Shown here one piece after another: positions 38,090-47,888 of a stretch of DNA of 64,000 bases. The stretch is taken from the NCBI RefSeq assembly GCF_049846925.1, contig NZ_JBNCMT010000002.1, positions 7,885 to 71,884 on the forward strand, given 5' to 3'. The position numbers and the translations under genes were made by a program. Under the pieces are notes generated by a model that made no database searches, was not told the origin of the DNA, and saw nothing but the letters and a program-made list of their open reading frames with translations. Numbering within the stretch: the first letter of the stretch is position 1; every line of letters starts with the position of its first letter. Source of the stretch: Brevibacillus sp. SYSU BS000544 (GTDB taxonomy: Bacteria > Bacillota > Bacilli > Brevibacillales > Brevibacillaceae).

Positions 38090-39931
38090 TTAGCGGAACA
38101 AAACAAGAATCTGATTAGGCCCTGTCCGTTTCATTACCCAATATCCACTTTCTGTTTTCGTTGCGATCCCATCATTGTTGGGCATGCAATAACCAGCAGG
38201 TATACAGGTTCCATCGTCACGTACAAGAAGCTTGCCGACAAGCCCAACCGCAGCCCATTCAGGCCTTTCCATGCGAGATCGGCATGGCTTTTCCGGTTCC
38301 CAGAAGGGATTGCGAACAGGTCGTCTCTCCGTCCGCTCGGGAACGATTATATTGCCCTCGTGATCGGTAACTGCAGGATGTATGAAATCCTCATATTGTT
38401 TTCGGTTCCATTCATCGAGCAAAAATTTGCCACAAGCAGGGTCTTCCGAATCTGCAATGATCCCTGGATTGGAGCTTGTCACCCCTAGGATATAGCTGTC
38501 ACTTGCTGTTGCTTTACGGATTTTTTCCCCGGTTTCATCAAATGTCACGAAATAGCCGACGTCAATCGTCTCTCCGGTTGAAGATTCAAACATCTCAGCA
38601 AAGTCGCACGCTCCAGCAGAAGTGATTACCCCGGCTGTGGTTACCGTTGAATCGAAACATGCAGAGCCGTTACTCAGGATTTTGGCAACGACTCCAAAGT
38701 TTATCAGATACCAGGAAAAGGAGAGGTCACCGCTAAGAGGGTTCGGGCCGCCATTGGTTCCCATGACATGGGCACCTTGCAAACCACCGGCATGAGTTGC
38801 CAATCCTTCGGTATGGGAAAATGCTCCATTAGCGATTGTGCTTTGTCCCTCAGCATGGGACGCAGGTCCGCTGGCAGTTGTAAAGGTTCCTTCCGCATGA
38901 GCAGATAAACTGGAAGCTAGTGTACTATTTCCCTCTGCATGAGATGTAATTCCACTAGCCACTGTAGCTCCTCCCTCCGCATGGGATGCCGGTCCGCTGG
39001 CCTCGGTACTGAATCCTTCCGCATGAGCTGCAGCAACTGTAGCTTTCGTATTTGATCCCTCTGCATGGGAAGCTTGGGCACTGGCAATAGTTGTAAACCC
39101 TTCCGCATGAGCTCCTTCCGCTGTGGCTTGAGTAGATCTCCCTTCCGCATGAGCAGCAATGCCGCTAGCGATTGTGAGGAGGCCCTCCGCATGAGCATCC
39201 GGACCTGTCGCCTGTGTTTGTTCCCCTTCTGCATGAGCACCGGGACCGCTGGCAGTTGTATTTCTCCCTTCTGCGTGAGAGTGTGTACCGCTAGCAGTTG
39301 TCAGTGAACCCTCCGAATGAGCCGCATCACCTGTAGCCTTGGTTTGAGAACCCTCCGCATGAGAAACATCCCCTTCGGCCTTGGTTTGCAGACCTTCTGC
39401 ATGAGAAAAAGTTCCACTGGCCATGGACTCAGCACCCTCCGCATGAGCGGCATCTCCACTGGCAACTGAACCCTGCCCTTCCGCATGAGCCGCAGGGGCT
39501 GTAGCTTGTGTTCTTAATCCTTCTGCGTGGGAAAAATCACCGCTGGCAACCGGGCCTGGAGCAAATACAGGATTTTCTGTACCACCTTCGGCATGAGCGG
39601 CAAAGCCACTGGCGGTTGTCACAAAACCTTCCGCATGAGCGGCATTACCACTAGCAGTAGTCTGCAATCCTTCCGCATGCGATGCCTCACCGCTTGCAGT
39701 CGTAAGCTCCCCCTCTGCATGTGAACCATTTCCACCAGCTATCGTTTGGTATCCCTCCGAATGAGCAGTAACACCAATGGCAGTAGTCTGATATCCTTCC
39801 GCATGAGAGGCTTCGCCAAAAGTAATGGTTAGTTCGCCTTCCGCATGGGATGCGGGTCCACCTGCTGTCGTATTGTGCCCTTCCGCCTCAGCACACGGCC
39901 CAAAAGCGTTATTGTTGCATCCATCTGCCAT
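38090..39931 (-). CDS. SHAEG-repeat protein C (paralog; ~24 repeats; ~613 aa)
   Basis: Start MADGCNNNAFGPC (ribosome-binding site AGAAAGGATGA); alternative start at 39940. First gene of the three-gene array. Confidence 0.75.
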   Translation of the reverse strand: MADGCNNNAFGPCAEAEGHNTTAGGPASHAEGELTITFGEASHAEGYQTTAIGVTAHSEGYQTIAGGNGSHAEGELTTASGEASHAEGLQTTASGNAAHAEGFVTTASGFAAHAEGGTENPVFAPGPVASGDFSHAEGLRTQATAPAAHAEGQGSVASGDAAHAEGAESMASGTFSHAEGLQTKAEGDVSHAEGSQTKATGDAAHSEGSLTTASGTHSHAEGRNTTASGPGAHAEGEQTQATGPDAHAEGLLTIASGIAAHAEGRSTQATAEGAHAEGFTTIASAQASHAEGSNTKATVAAAHAEGFSTEASGPASHAEGGATVASGITSHAEGNSTLASSLSAHAEGTFTTASGPASHAEGQSTIANGAFSHTEGLATHAGGLQGAHVMGTNGGPNPLSGDLSFSWYLINFGVVAKILSNGSACFDSTVTTAGVITSAGACDFAEMFESSTGETIDVGYFVTFDETGEKIRKATASDSYILGVTSSNPGIIADSEDPACGKFLLDEWNRKQYEDFIHPAVTDHEGNIIVPERTERRPVRNPFWEPEKPCRSRMERPEWAAVGLVGKLLVRDDGTCIPAGYCMPNNDGIATKTESGYWVMKRTGPNQILVLFR

Positions 39932-40187
39932 TTGAGTCATCCTTTCTGGTTACTTGATCATGTTTTGCTTTGATCCATCTCTTTCCTTGAAAAAGAAGTT
40001 TACGAGATATTCACCCAAAGGGAACTAGGCTACTATTTACTTCGATAAATAACAATACAGTTTATGAAAGAATGAGAAGTTTGCTTGTTCGAGTGACATG
40101 CCCGTTACCGCATGGATACGCAGGTTAATAACCATTTTTAGGGGAATTGGTACTTATTTAGCAATATTTTGGGGAGGTGAGAATCCT

Positions 40188-40253
40188 ATGTTCTCATATA
40201 AAAAAAACGACATCTCTGCCGTTTTCATAGTAGTTTACTATGGTGAACAATAG
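40188..40253 (+). CDS. Possible 21-aa peptide MFSYKKNDISAVFIVVYYGEQ
   Basis: Perfect ribosome-binding site GGGGAGGTGA 7 nt upstream of ATG. Lies between two minus-strand genes. Confidence 0.25.
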   Translation: MFSYKKNDISAVFIVVYYGEQ

Positions 40254-40286
40254 GTTGGTTTCAGTGGTTTGCAAGACTTTGTTCTC

Positions 40287-41198
40287 TTATTTGACCGTGA
40301 TGACTACGTTCCCCTTTTTATGCCCTTGTTCTACATATCGATGAGCCTCGCGAATTTGCTCCAAAGGATATCGTCGATCGATGACTGCTTGTAGCTTCCC
40401 TGTCTCGAATAGTTCTTTGAGCAAGAGCAGATCTTCTATTCGTTCCTTTGCTACTCCCTGCCCTTCCACCGACACAAATGTCCCGTTAGTCGTCAATACT
40501 TTCTTGCAAATAGATTTTGAGGTTTTCCCTACAGCATCAAAGATGATGTCATAACGCTCGCTTCTTTGCGTGAAATCTTCTTTGGTGTAATCGATGACCC
40601 GACTGGCTCCCAGCGATTTCACCAACTCGATATTTGTAGTACTGCATATCCCTGTAACCTCAGCACCAAGATACTTGGCAAGCTGTACAGCGGACGTCCC
40701 TACTGCTCCAGAGGCTCCATAAACAAGAACCTTTTTGCCTTTCTGGATATTTCCTTTTCTCAGAAAATGGAGTGCAGTGGTTCCTCCAAAAAGTATGGCA
40801 ACAGCTTCCTCATAACTCGCATTGGTTGGTTTTATTGCCACCAAACCGTCTTCCGGCAAACTGATGTACTCGGCATAGGCACCAAATTGCATACCAGTAA
40901 AGGAAAATACCTGGTCACCTTTTTTAAAACGCTTCACATCTTTTCCGATTTCCTCGATTTCTCCCGCTAACTCCACTCCAAGTATCGGTTTTCTTGGTTT
41001 TGTGATACCTAAGAATAGTCGCATAGGTATCCAGTACAAGAGCGGACTATTAAACGTTCGGACTCGACAGTCCCCTGAAGTTACCGCTGTCGCATGAATC
41101 TTTACCAGTACTTCCTTATCCTTGGGAACAGGTTTTTCTACCATTTTGAGCTCCAGAACATCTGGTGATCCGTATTTTGTACAGACAACTGCTCTCAT
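40287..41198 (-). CDS. Zinc-independent MDR-family NAD(P)H:quinone oxidoreductase / alcohol dehydrogenase-like protein
   Basis: [10 protein letters not shown] start; nucleotide-binding [19 protein letters not shown]; C-terminal [16 protein letters not shown]. Confidence 0.8.
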   Translation of the reverse strand: MRAVVCTKYGSPDVLELKMVEKPVPKDKEVLVKIHATAVTSGDCRVRTFNSPLLYWIPMRLFLGITKPRKPILGVELAGEIEEIGKDVKRFKKGDQVFSFTGMQFGAYAEYISLPEDGLVAIKPTNASYEEAVAILFGGTTALHFLRKGNIQKGKKVLVYGASGAVGTSAVQLAKYLGAEVTGICSTTNIELVKSLGASRVIDYTKEDFTQRSERYDIIFDAVGKTSKSICKKVLTTNGTFVSVEGQGVAKERIEDLLLLKELFETGKLQAVIDRRYPLEQIREAHRYVEQGHKKGNVVITVK

Positions 41199-41363
41199 AG
41201 GGATTCCTCCACATTTCAATTTTGCAGTAAGTATATCTACAACATGGCATTGACTTGACAAATGAATACAAAAATATCAATTTTATGTCATTATTAGAAA
41301 AATAAGCAGAACAATGATATTCTGAACGTGTATAAATTATAGAATATTGAAAGGAAGTTAAAG

Positions 41364-42683
41364 ATGGGCATACGATTTCCATTCACACTTTCACTCATAG
41401 CATTTGCATTTCTGTTGCTTTCTGTTTTTCCAACACAGGGATATGCTGAAACCAAACCGCCTGTAAAGTGGACATACAAGTTGTCGGTTAATGATCCTGA
41501 TGTGCAGGAGGGAGAATACATACCAGTATGGAAGTCCATTGAGCAACTAAATGAGAATATTTACATCACGTTTACGTACAAGAATCCGCGTACAGCCCTC
41601 CAGGTTATTGGTGTTGACGGAAAAAAGAAGTGGGATATCATTGCCAATACGAGCGGGAAGTATCATTTTACCTCAACCCCTGATACCGACGGAGCCGTGT
41701 ATGTTTACACGAAGGAAATGAGCGAATTTCAAAAATACGACTCCAAAGGCAGCATGGCTTGGAGCATGCCGTTGACGAATGGGACCTTTCCATCCAAGGC
41801 GGTTATCGGATCAAAGGGATTGGTATACATCATGCATGAAATAGTGCCAGATGTGTTTGAATTGGTAGCAGTAGATAAAAAGACAGGAAAAACGGCATGG
41901 AAGTACGAGCCAGTATCATACCGATCGTTTTCCGCAGAAGAGCAGCTTGTTATTGGTCCCGATGGAACGATTTACATGTGGATTACACCTAATACACTTT
42001 CGGCCATTCGCTACGATGGAAAAGTAAAATGGACAAAGAATATCAATGCGTTCATTCTTTCCACACCTATTTTCGACAAGAAAGGAAATCTGTATCTTTT
42101 TACTTCCAAAGGAATATCAGCACTTGATAAGGAAGGCGAGAAAATCTGGACATATCAACCGAAGGATGGGCACTTCTTTCATATGGCACGAGGTGAGGAT
42201 GGCACGTTGTTTTTGAAGTATGAAAACAAGATTCATGCTGTCAAGCCGGACGGCAAATTCAAGTGGGAATATACGCTAAAACAGGATGAAGACAAAGCCG
42301 AAAGGCAGTTTGTCGGCGTTCCGTTAGCTGGGAAAGACGGCTCGCTGTATGTGCTTGCCGAGGGTGATCGATCAACTGAACCTTACTATTTGTACGCTAT
42401 CGATAAAAATGGAAAAGAAAAATGGGTTAGTGAATTGCAGGGAGACTTTTCGGGATTCTTCGTTTTTCCAATGGATACGAAAATACAAATAGATAAAGAT
42501 GGAATTCTCTATGTTCCAATTAGAAACAAGATTTTTGCGGTGACTCCAAAAGGGAAAGAAGAATGGACACTGGAATACGACAGAGATGACTTTGCAGGGC
42601 CAATTATTGGAGCTGATAGCAGTGTATATATCGGTTATGAGAATAAACTAACGGCAATCAAAAAAGGCAAAAAGAGCAAGTAG
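41364..42683 (+). CDS. Secreted PQQ-like beta-propeller repeat protein
   Basis: Signal peptide MGIRFPFTLSLIAFAFLLLSVFPTQGYA, then ~8 repeats of G(S/T)(L/I)Y… beta-propeller blades (DGKVKW, EGEKIW, DGKFKW, NGKEKW, KGKEEW). Confidence 0.6.
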   Translation: MGIRFPFTLSLIAFAFLLLSVFPTQGYAETKPPVKWTYKLSVNDPDVQEGEYIPVWKSIEQLNENIYITFTYKNPRTALQVIGVDGKKKWDIIANTSGKYHFTSTPDTDGAVYVYTKEMSEFQKYDSKGSMAWSMPLTNGTFPSKAVIGSKGLVYIMHEIVPDVFELVAVDKKTGKTAWKYEPVSYRSFSAEEQLVIGPDGTIYMWITPNTLSAIRYDGKVKWTKNINAFILSTPIFDKKGNLYLFTSKGISALDKEGEKIWTYQPKDGHFFHMARGEDGTLFLKYENKIHAVKPDGKFKWEYTLKQDEDKAERQFVGVPLAGKDGSLYVLAEGDRSTEPYYLYAIDKNGKEKWVSELQGDFSGFFVFPMDTKIQIDKDGILYVPIRNKIFAVTPKGKEEWTLEYDRDDFAGPIIGADSSVYIGYENKLTAIKKGKKSK

Positions 42684-42757
42684 TCTTTAATCGTCCTGCA
42701 AATGGTTCCCCACGAAAAAACGCGGTCTCCTTGAGGCTGCGTTTTTTTACCGTTTCA

Positions 42758-43564
42758 TCACTCGTCCTTCACATATATGATGACATTCCCCCTTTTGTGC
42801 CCTTGTTCAACATAGCGATGGGCCTCGGAACTCTGTTCCAACAGATAGCGTCTATCGATGACTGATTTTATTTTTCCTGCCTCAATCAGTTCTTTGAGGA
42901 AAAGTAAATCTTCATATTTATCGATACTCGCATTCCCGCCTATCACTTTCTTGCCGCTTGTCATAGAAATCCACAACCCCTGAATAATCGGTGATAGCTC
43001 CATGTGGACGGCTCTCAGATAGACTCCATTTTGCTTGAGTGATTTTACACAGTCTGAAAACGGACTCTTGCCTACCGTGTCAAAAATAACATCATAGGTC
43101 TCCCTGCTTCGGTTAAAATCCCCTTTCGTGTAATCAATGACCTTATCAGCTCCCAAAGATTTCACCAATTCCAGATTCGTGGCACTGCATACCCCGGTAA
43201 CCTCTGCCCCCATGTACTTGGCAATTTGTACCGCAAACGTACCTACGCTTCCAGAAGCACCATAGACAAGAACTTTTTGCCCTACTTGGATCTTTCCTTT
43301 TCTGAGAAAATGCAATGCAGTCATTCCCCCTATAGGAACGGATGCTGCTTCCTCAAAGGTCATGTTACTTTTTTTGGTCGTGTGAGACCGTTATAAAGTC
43401 TCGCTAGGAATGGGGCGGCTTTTCGGATGCGCCAATCCCCTGCTGTTACGGTTGTTGCATAGATTCGTACTCGAATTTCATTATCCTTGGGAATCGGTTT
43501 TTTCAATCTCTTTGAGCTGAAGAACTTCAGGTGGTCCGTACTTCGTGTACACGACAGCTTTCAT
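42758..43564 (-). pseudogene. Disrupted paralog of the MDR oxidoreductase: N-terminal fragment ([14 protein letters not shown]…, 67 codons then stop) and C-terminal fragment ([13 protein letters not shown]…), with ~70 codons missing between them
   Basis: The N-fragment was read from the minus strand at 43564 downward (ribosome-binding site GGGAGGAAG). Comparison with the intact paralog at 40287-41198 shows an internal deletion plus a frame break. Confidence 0.6.
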
Positions 43565-43707
43565 GGACTTCCTCCCAAACTCTGACTTACTCTCGAGCTA
43601 CCACATCAGATCGATATAAAAATTCGTTATAAAGAAATACGTGAATCCGCTTTGGAAAATTCCGATTATCTGATAAAAGAAAGGCCTACGAATATGCAAA
43701 AAGAAAA

Positions 43708-43733
43708 AACGCAGTCTGGATTTCGGCTGCGTT
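43708..43733 (-). terminator. Terminator of the Big_2 giant gene
   Basis: Stem aacgcag/ctgcgtt with T-rich sequence on the minus strand. Confidence 0.5.
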
Positions 43734-43777
43734 TTCGACTGATATATGGTGGTACACAGTCTTTTGTGCTTTTTTGA

Positions 43778-46700
43778 CTATGGTGCTGATTTTACAACAA
43801 CGGTAATCTTCACTCTTTTCTTTCCGTAGGATGCAGTAATTGTTGTCTCTCCTGCTTTGAGTCCTTTTATTTTTCCATCCTTCACCGTAGCAATGCTTTT
43901 GTCTTTGGAACTCCAGACTACGCCATCTTTCTCTGTAACCAGAACTGAGTCGTTGTCTGCTGTATAAAGGGCACTCAAGGTAACTTCTACCTCGCTCTCC
44001 TCAGCAAGCTCAACTTCTGTCTGACTCGCTGTCAGCTTTTTCAGCGTGACATCGATAGGGATTGTTACTGTTTTTTCATCAAACGTTGCAGTAATTGTAC
44101 CCTTGCCAAACTTGCCGGTTGAGACAACATAGCCATCCTTATCGATTTCTACAATTTGAGGTGATGAGAAATTCCACTCGACACGATGGTCGTTCGTTAC
44201 TTCGAAATTTTTTGTTTTCGAAACCCAGGCCAACAGTTTTAGTGGCTTACTGCTTCTATTTCCAGGTTTTAACGAAAGCTTCTCTACGTTAAAGGAAAGA
44301 GATTCTATGGAATCACCAAACAGAGCAATTTTGAGAGTTTTTCCACCATATCGCGCGATAATCGTTCCTTTTCCGCTCTTATTTACGGTAATGGTACCCT
44401 CGTCATCTACCGTAGCAAAATTTTCGCTGCCCCCATCAATTGACCAGTCTATTTCATCCCCTGTCAAATCCACGATCGTTTTATCAGACAAAACTGCTTT
44501 CACAGGAATGCTTACGGATTTTTCTGGGGCAACCACCAGTTTTTTGACTGTCGTCTGGATCGATTTTATCGTGGAATCTACCTGAATCACGACTTGTTTT
44601 CCGCCGAAGGAAGCTGTCACATCGATTTTGCCAAAATCCTTGGCAGCAATGATTCCATCTTTACTCACTGTAAATGCACTCTGGTTCTCATTGTATTTCC
44701 AGTCCACCTTGGATGGATCAACTGGAACTGTACTACCATCTTGGAGGACAGCTACAAGAGTGATCGGATTGTCCTGTGTACTGGTTCCAGGTTTAAGTGC
44801 AACCTTTGTTTTTGAAGCTTTCAGCAACTTAATAGTGGAGTCGACGGTGAATTCAATCGTATTTGACTCAAAAGTTGCTTTGATCGATGCAATTCCGTAG
44901 TCTTTGACGGAGATCGTACCATTATCTACAGTTGCCACCGCAGCATTGGAGGATGTCCATGTGGCAAGACCGGTAACGTTTTTTCTCGATCCATCCGAAT
45001 ACATCGCTTCCAGCGTCACAGGATACGTATCACCAGGCCGTTTCACGATCATTGTTGTACTAGGGCTTGCACTCAATCCAGTTAGTGTAACTGGTATTGG
45101 AATAGGAACGGGAGTAGGTGAATTAACGGTTACTTCAAACGTTTTTGACTCAAACGTTGCTTTGATCATAGCCGTTCCATAGCCTACGACAGTAATCGTA
45201 CCCTTATCGGCAGTCGCCACCGCAGCATTGGAGGTTGTCCAGGTAGCCTGATCGGTAACGGATTTTTTTGATCCATCCGAATAGGTTGCTTCCAACGTCA
45301 CTGGATACGTATCGCCTGGTTTTTTCTCGATTTTCGTTGCATTTGGGTTAGCAGTCAATCCCGTTATTGTGGCTGGAGGTGGAGCTTGATCACTGACAAC
45401 AATTTCAATCTTTTTTGCCCCATGCGATGCTCTGACCGTTGTAATTCCTTTGCCTACAACAGTAATTATACCTTTATCGACAGTTGCCACCTCAGTATTG
45501 TAGGCTTCCCACGTAGCGAGTTCGGTAACATCTTTTTTCGATCCATCCGAATAGGTCGCTTCCAGCGTCACAGCATACGTATCGCCGGGTTGTTTCACGA
45601 TCCACGTTGCACTTGGGGTAGGAGTCAATTCAGTTACTCTGGGTTTCGTGGGATCGTTAGACTCGACGGTTAATCTAATCGATTTTCCCTCGAATGTGGC
45701 TTTGATCGTTGTATATCCTAAACCTACGACAGTAATCATGCCCTTATCGACAGTTGCAACATTTGAATTGTCAGTTTTCCACTTAGCCAAATCGGTGACC
45801 GTTTTTTTCGATCCATCCGAATAAATCGCTTCCAGCGTCACAGGATACGTATCGCCAGGTGCCGTCAAGATCGTAGTTTCACTCGGGGTAGCAATCAATC
45901 CCGTTACTGTAGGTGTATTGGGATCGCCTGCATCGATCGTTAATTCAACCGATTTATTCCCATACGTTGCTGTGATCGTAGCTTTTCCGTAGCCTACGAC
46001 AACAATCGTACCGTAATTTATTGTCGCCACCGCAGGATTGGAGGTTGTCCAGGTAGCCTTGTTATTAACGAACTCTGTCGTTCCATTGGAATAGACCGCT
46101 TGCAGCCATACATTATATGCTTCGCCAGGTTTTTTCACGATCGTTGTTTCACTTGGAATGGTTTTTAATTCAACTACTGTGACCGGAGGCGGATCGGTGG
46201 CCTCAACGATTATTTCATACGTTTTTGTCTCAAAAGTTGCTTTGATCGTAGCCGTTCCGGGGCCAACGACAGAAATTTCCCCTTTATCTACAGTCGCCAC
46301 CGCAGGGTCGGAGGTTGTCCACGTAGCAAGGTTGTCTGCCGGTTTCACCGATCCATCCGAATAACTTGCAAACAGATCCACTTGATACTTGTTACCAGTA
46401 TGTTTCACGATCTTTTTTACATTAAAGTTGGTATACAATTCAGTTACTCTAAGTCTATTGCCATCGATCAGTACAATATCCTGCGTGGTACTTTGGTTGG
46501 CGATAATGATACCCTCACTTCCTTCAGGAGTGGGATACCCGTCCTTTGCAGCTTTTGCAAAATATTGACCAGCCTGAAGACCACCAATCACATAGTTTCC
46601 ATCCTTGTCCGTATATGCGGTGTAGGCACCGGCGTTTCTCGAATCATAAACCGTTACCAAAGCATGCGGAACCTTATTCCCATATTCATCTGTAACGACG

Positions 46701-47737
46701 CCTGTAAGCGTTCCATTATCCGCACTTGGTGCATAAGGGATGGTGAAATCAACGTTACATACTCCCGACTTTTCACATTGGATGTAACCCTTATCCACAA
46801 CTACGACTACACCCAAATCCTTGTTCTCCACTTCAGCTCGTACTTTATACGATCCAGACATAATGATGTCAGATTGGAACTCACCTTCATTCGGGTAGAA
46901 CTCATAGCCGTGTTCAGCCGACTTCATCGTCACCAGAACATCGATATTGCCATCTGACAATTTTTCGCCTGTTGCATACTCCTTAACAGTACCAAGCACC
47001 TTTGAGGCATCCCCACTATTTGCTGTAGGGATGTAAATGTGAAGATCCTTTGTTACGCCAGCAGCAATTTCATAAAAACTTCCATAGGTACGAACGAGCC
47101 CCCCGCCTGCATAGGTTTCTGCTGTGAGCGTATAGGCAGGTTTAATAGGAGAATATTCCGCTGGCGGGATTCCGCCAATCGAGAATTTGCTTATGCCATC
47201 GCCAAATTTCGTGTTACCGGAAAACGTCCAAGTCCGTTTGTTTTTCGGGTCAGTAAGTGAAACACCGTAATAACCTTCAGGTGCTTGAGCGCCACTAACC
47301 GTTACGACTCCTTCAAATGCGCCTGTTGCGCTGCCAGCAGTAAGAGATAATGGGAAAGAAAGAACTGTTTCTTTTCCGCTATCAATACGGATATCCTCTT
47401 GGCGAAACGACAGATTGCTAATCCCTGCACTGAGTGCATAAGAATCCTGCGGCAGTCCGCTGAACGAGAAGTTTCCATCTGCATCCGAATTTGCTGTCCA
47501 TTGTTTGGATCGGTCTGTTTCACTTCTCAGCTCTACCATTTGTCCCGGTAGCCCTTTTCCATCTTGGTCTGTTACGGTTCCTCTCAGTATCCCAGTCGCG
47601 TCCACAGACTCATCTTGACTATTCTTTGCCTTGTTTACTTCTGTGTCACTTGCGGCGCTAACAATGGATGGCATTCCACCCATCAGTAGAGCCAAAATTA
47701 AAAAGATTTTGGCTGTCCAGCTTACGCTATTTTTCAT
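43778..47737 (-). CDS. Large secreted cell-surface protein: signal peptide, carboxypeptidase-regulatory-like (CarbopepD_reg) domains, then ~10 bacterial Ig-like Big_2 domains
   Basis: Signal MKNSVSWTAKIFLILALLMGGMPSIVSA. Repeated …ATWTTS(D/N)PAVATVDKGxITVVGxGTATIKAT… units. The domains DGNFSFSGLPQDSY and DKDGNYVIGGLQAGQY. Confidence 0.75.
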   Translation of the reverse strand: MKNSVSWTAKIFLILALLMGGMPSIVSAASDTEVNKAKNSQDESVDATGILRGTVTDQDGKGLPGQMVELRSETDRSKQWTANSDADGNFSFSGLPQDSYALSAGISNLSFRQEDIRIDSGKETVLSFPLSLTAGSATGAFEGVVTVSGAQAPEGYYGVSLTDPKNKRTWTFSGNTKFGDGISKFSIGGIPPAEYSPIKPAYTLTAETYAGGGLVRTYGSFYEIAAGVTKDLHIYIPTANSGDASKVLGTVKEYATGEKLSDGNIDVLVTMKSAEHGYEFYPNEGEFQSDIIMSGSYKVRAEVENKDLGVVVVVDKGYIQCEKSGVCNVDFTIPYAPSADNGTLTGVVTDEYGNKVPHALVTVYDSRNAGAYTAYTDKDGNYVIGGLQAGQYFAKAAKDGYPTPEGSEGIIIANQSTTQDIVLIDGNRLRVTELYTNFNVKKIVKHTGNKYQVDLFASYSDGSVKPADNLATWTTSDPAVATVDKGEISVVGPGTATIKATFETKTYEIIVEATDPPPVTVVELKTIPSETTIVKKPGEAYNVWLQAVYSNGTTEFVNNKATWTTSNPAVATINYGTIVVVGYGKATITATYGNKSVELTIDAGDPNTPTVTGLIATPSETTILTAPGDTYPVTLEAIYSDGSKKTVTDLAKWKTDNSNVATVDKGMITVVGLGYTTIKATFEGKSIRLTVESNDPTKPRVTELTPTPSATWIVKQPGDTYAVTLEATYSDGSKKDVTELATWEAYNTEVATVDKGIITVVGKGITTVRASHGAKKIEIVVSDQAPPPATITGLTANPNATKIEKKPGDTYPVTLEATYSDGSKKSVTDQATWTTSNAAVATADKGTITVVGYGTAMIKATFESKTFEVTVNSPTPVPIPIPVTLTGLSASPSTTMIVKRPGDTYPVTLEAMYSDGSRKNVTGLATWTSSNAAVATVDNGTISVKDYGIASIKATFESNTIEFTVDSTIKLLKASKTKVALKPGTSTQDNPITLVAVLQDGSTVPVDPSKVDWKYNENQSAFTVSKDGIIAAKDFGKIDVTASFGGKQVVIQVDSTIKSIQTTVKKLVVAPEKSVSIPVKAVLSDKTIVDLTGDEIDWSIDGGSENFATVDDEGTITVNKSGKGTIIARYGGKTLKIALFGDSIESLSFNVEKLSLKPGNRSSKPLKLLAWVSKTKNFEVTNDHRVEWNFSSPQIVEIDKDGYVVSTGKFGKGTITATFDEKTVTIPIDVTLKKLTASQTEVELAEESEVEVTLSALYTADNDSVLVTEKDGVVWSSKDKSIATVKDGKIKGLKAGETTITASYGKKRVKITVVVKSAP

Positions 47738-47888
47738 GTTGTGTGCCCCTTTTAGTAGAATAAAATGCAATACATCTTGATTCTGAAATTCTACCGAACC
47801 ATTCTCACAAAAAACTCACAAAACTGGATCGAAAATAATGCATAAAAAAAACAGCACCTGAATGAAATCTCAAGTGCCGTTTTTTTGT

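Noticed and set aside
44095-46957. Series of plus-strand ORFs (65-191 aa) inside 43778-47737
   Set aside because: They are antisense to the large Big_2 protein gene, whose frame is continuous with repeated Ig-like domains. There are no ribosome-binding sites and the content is low-complexity.
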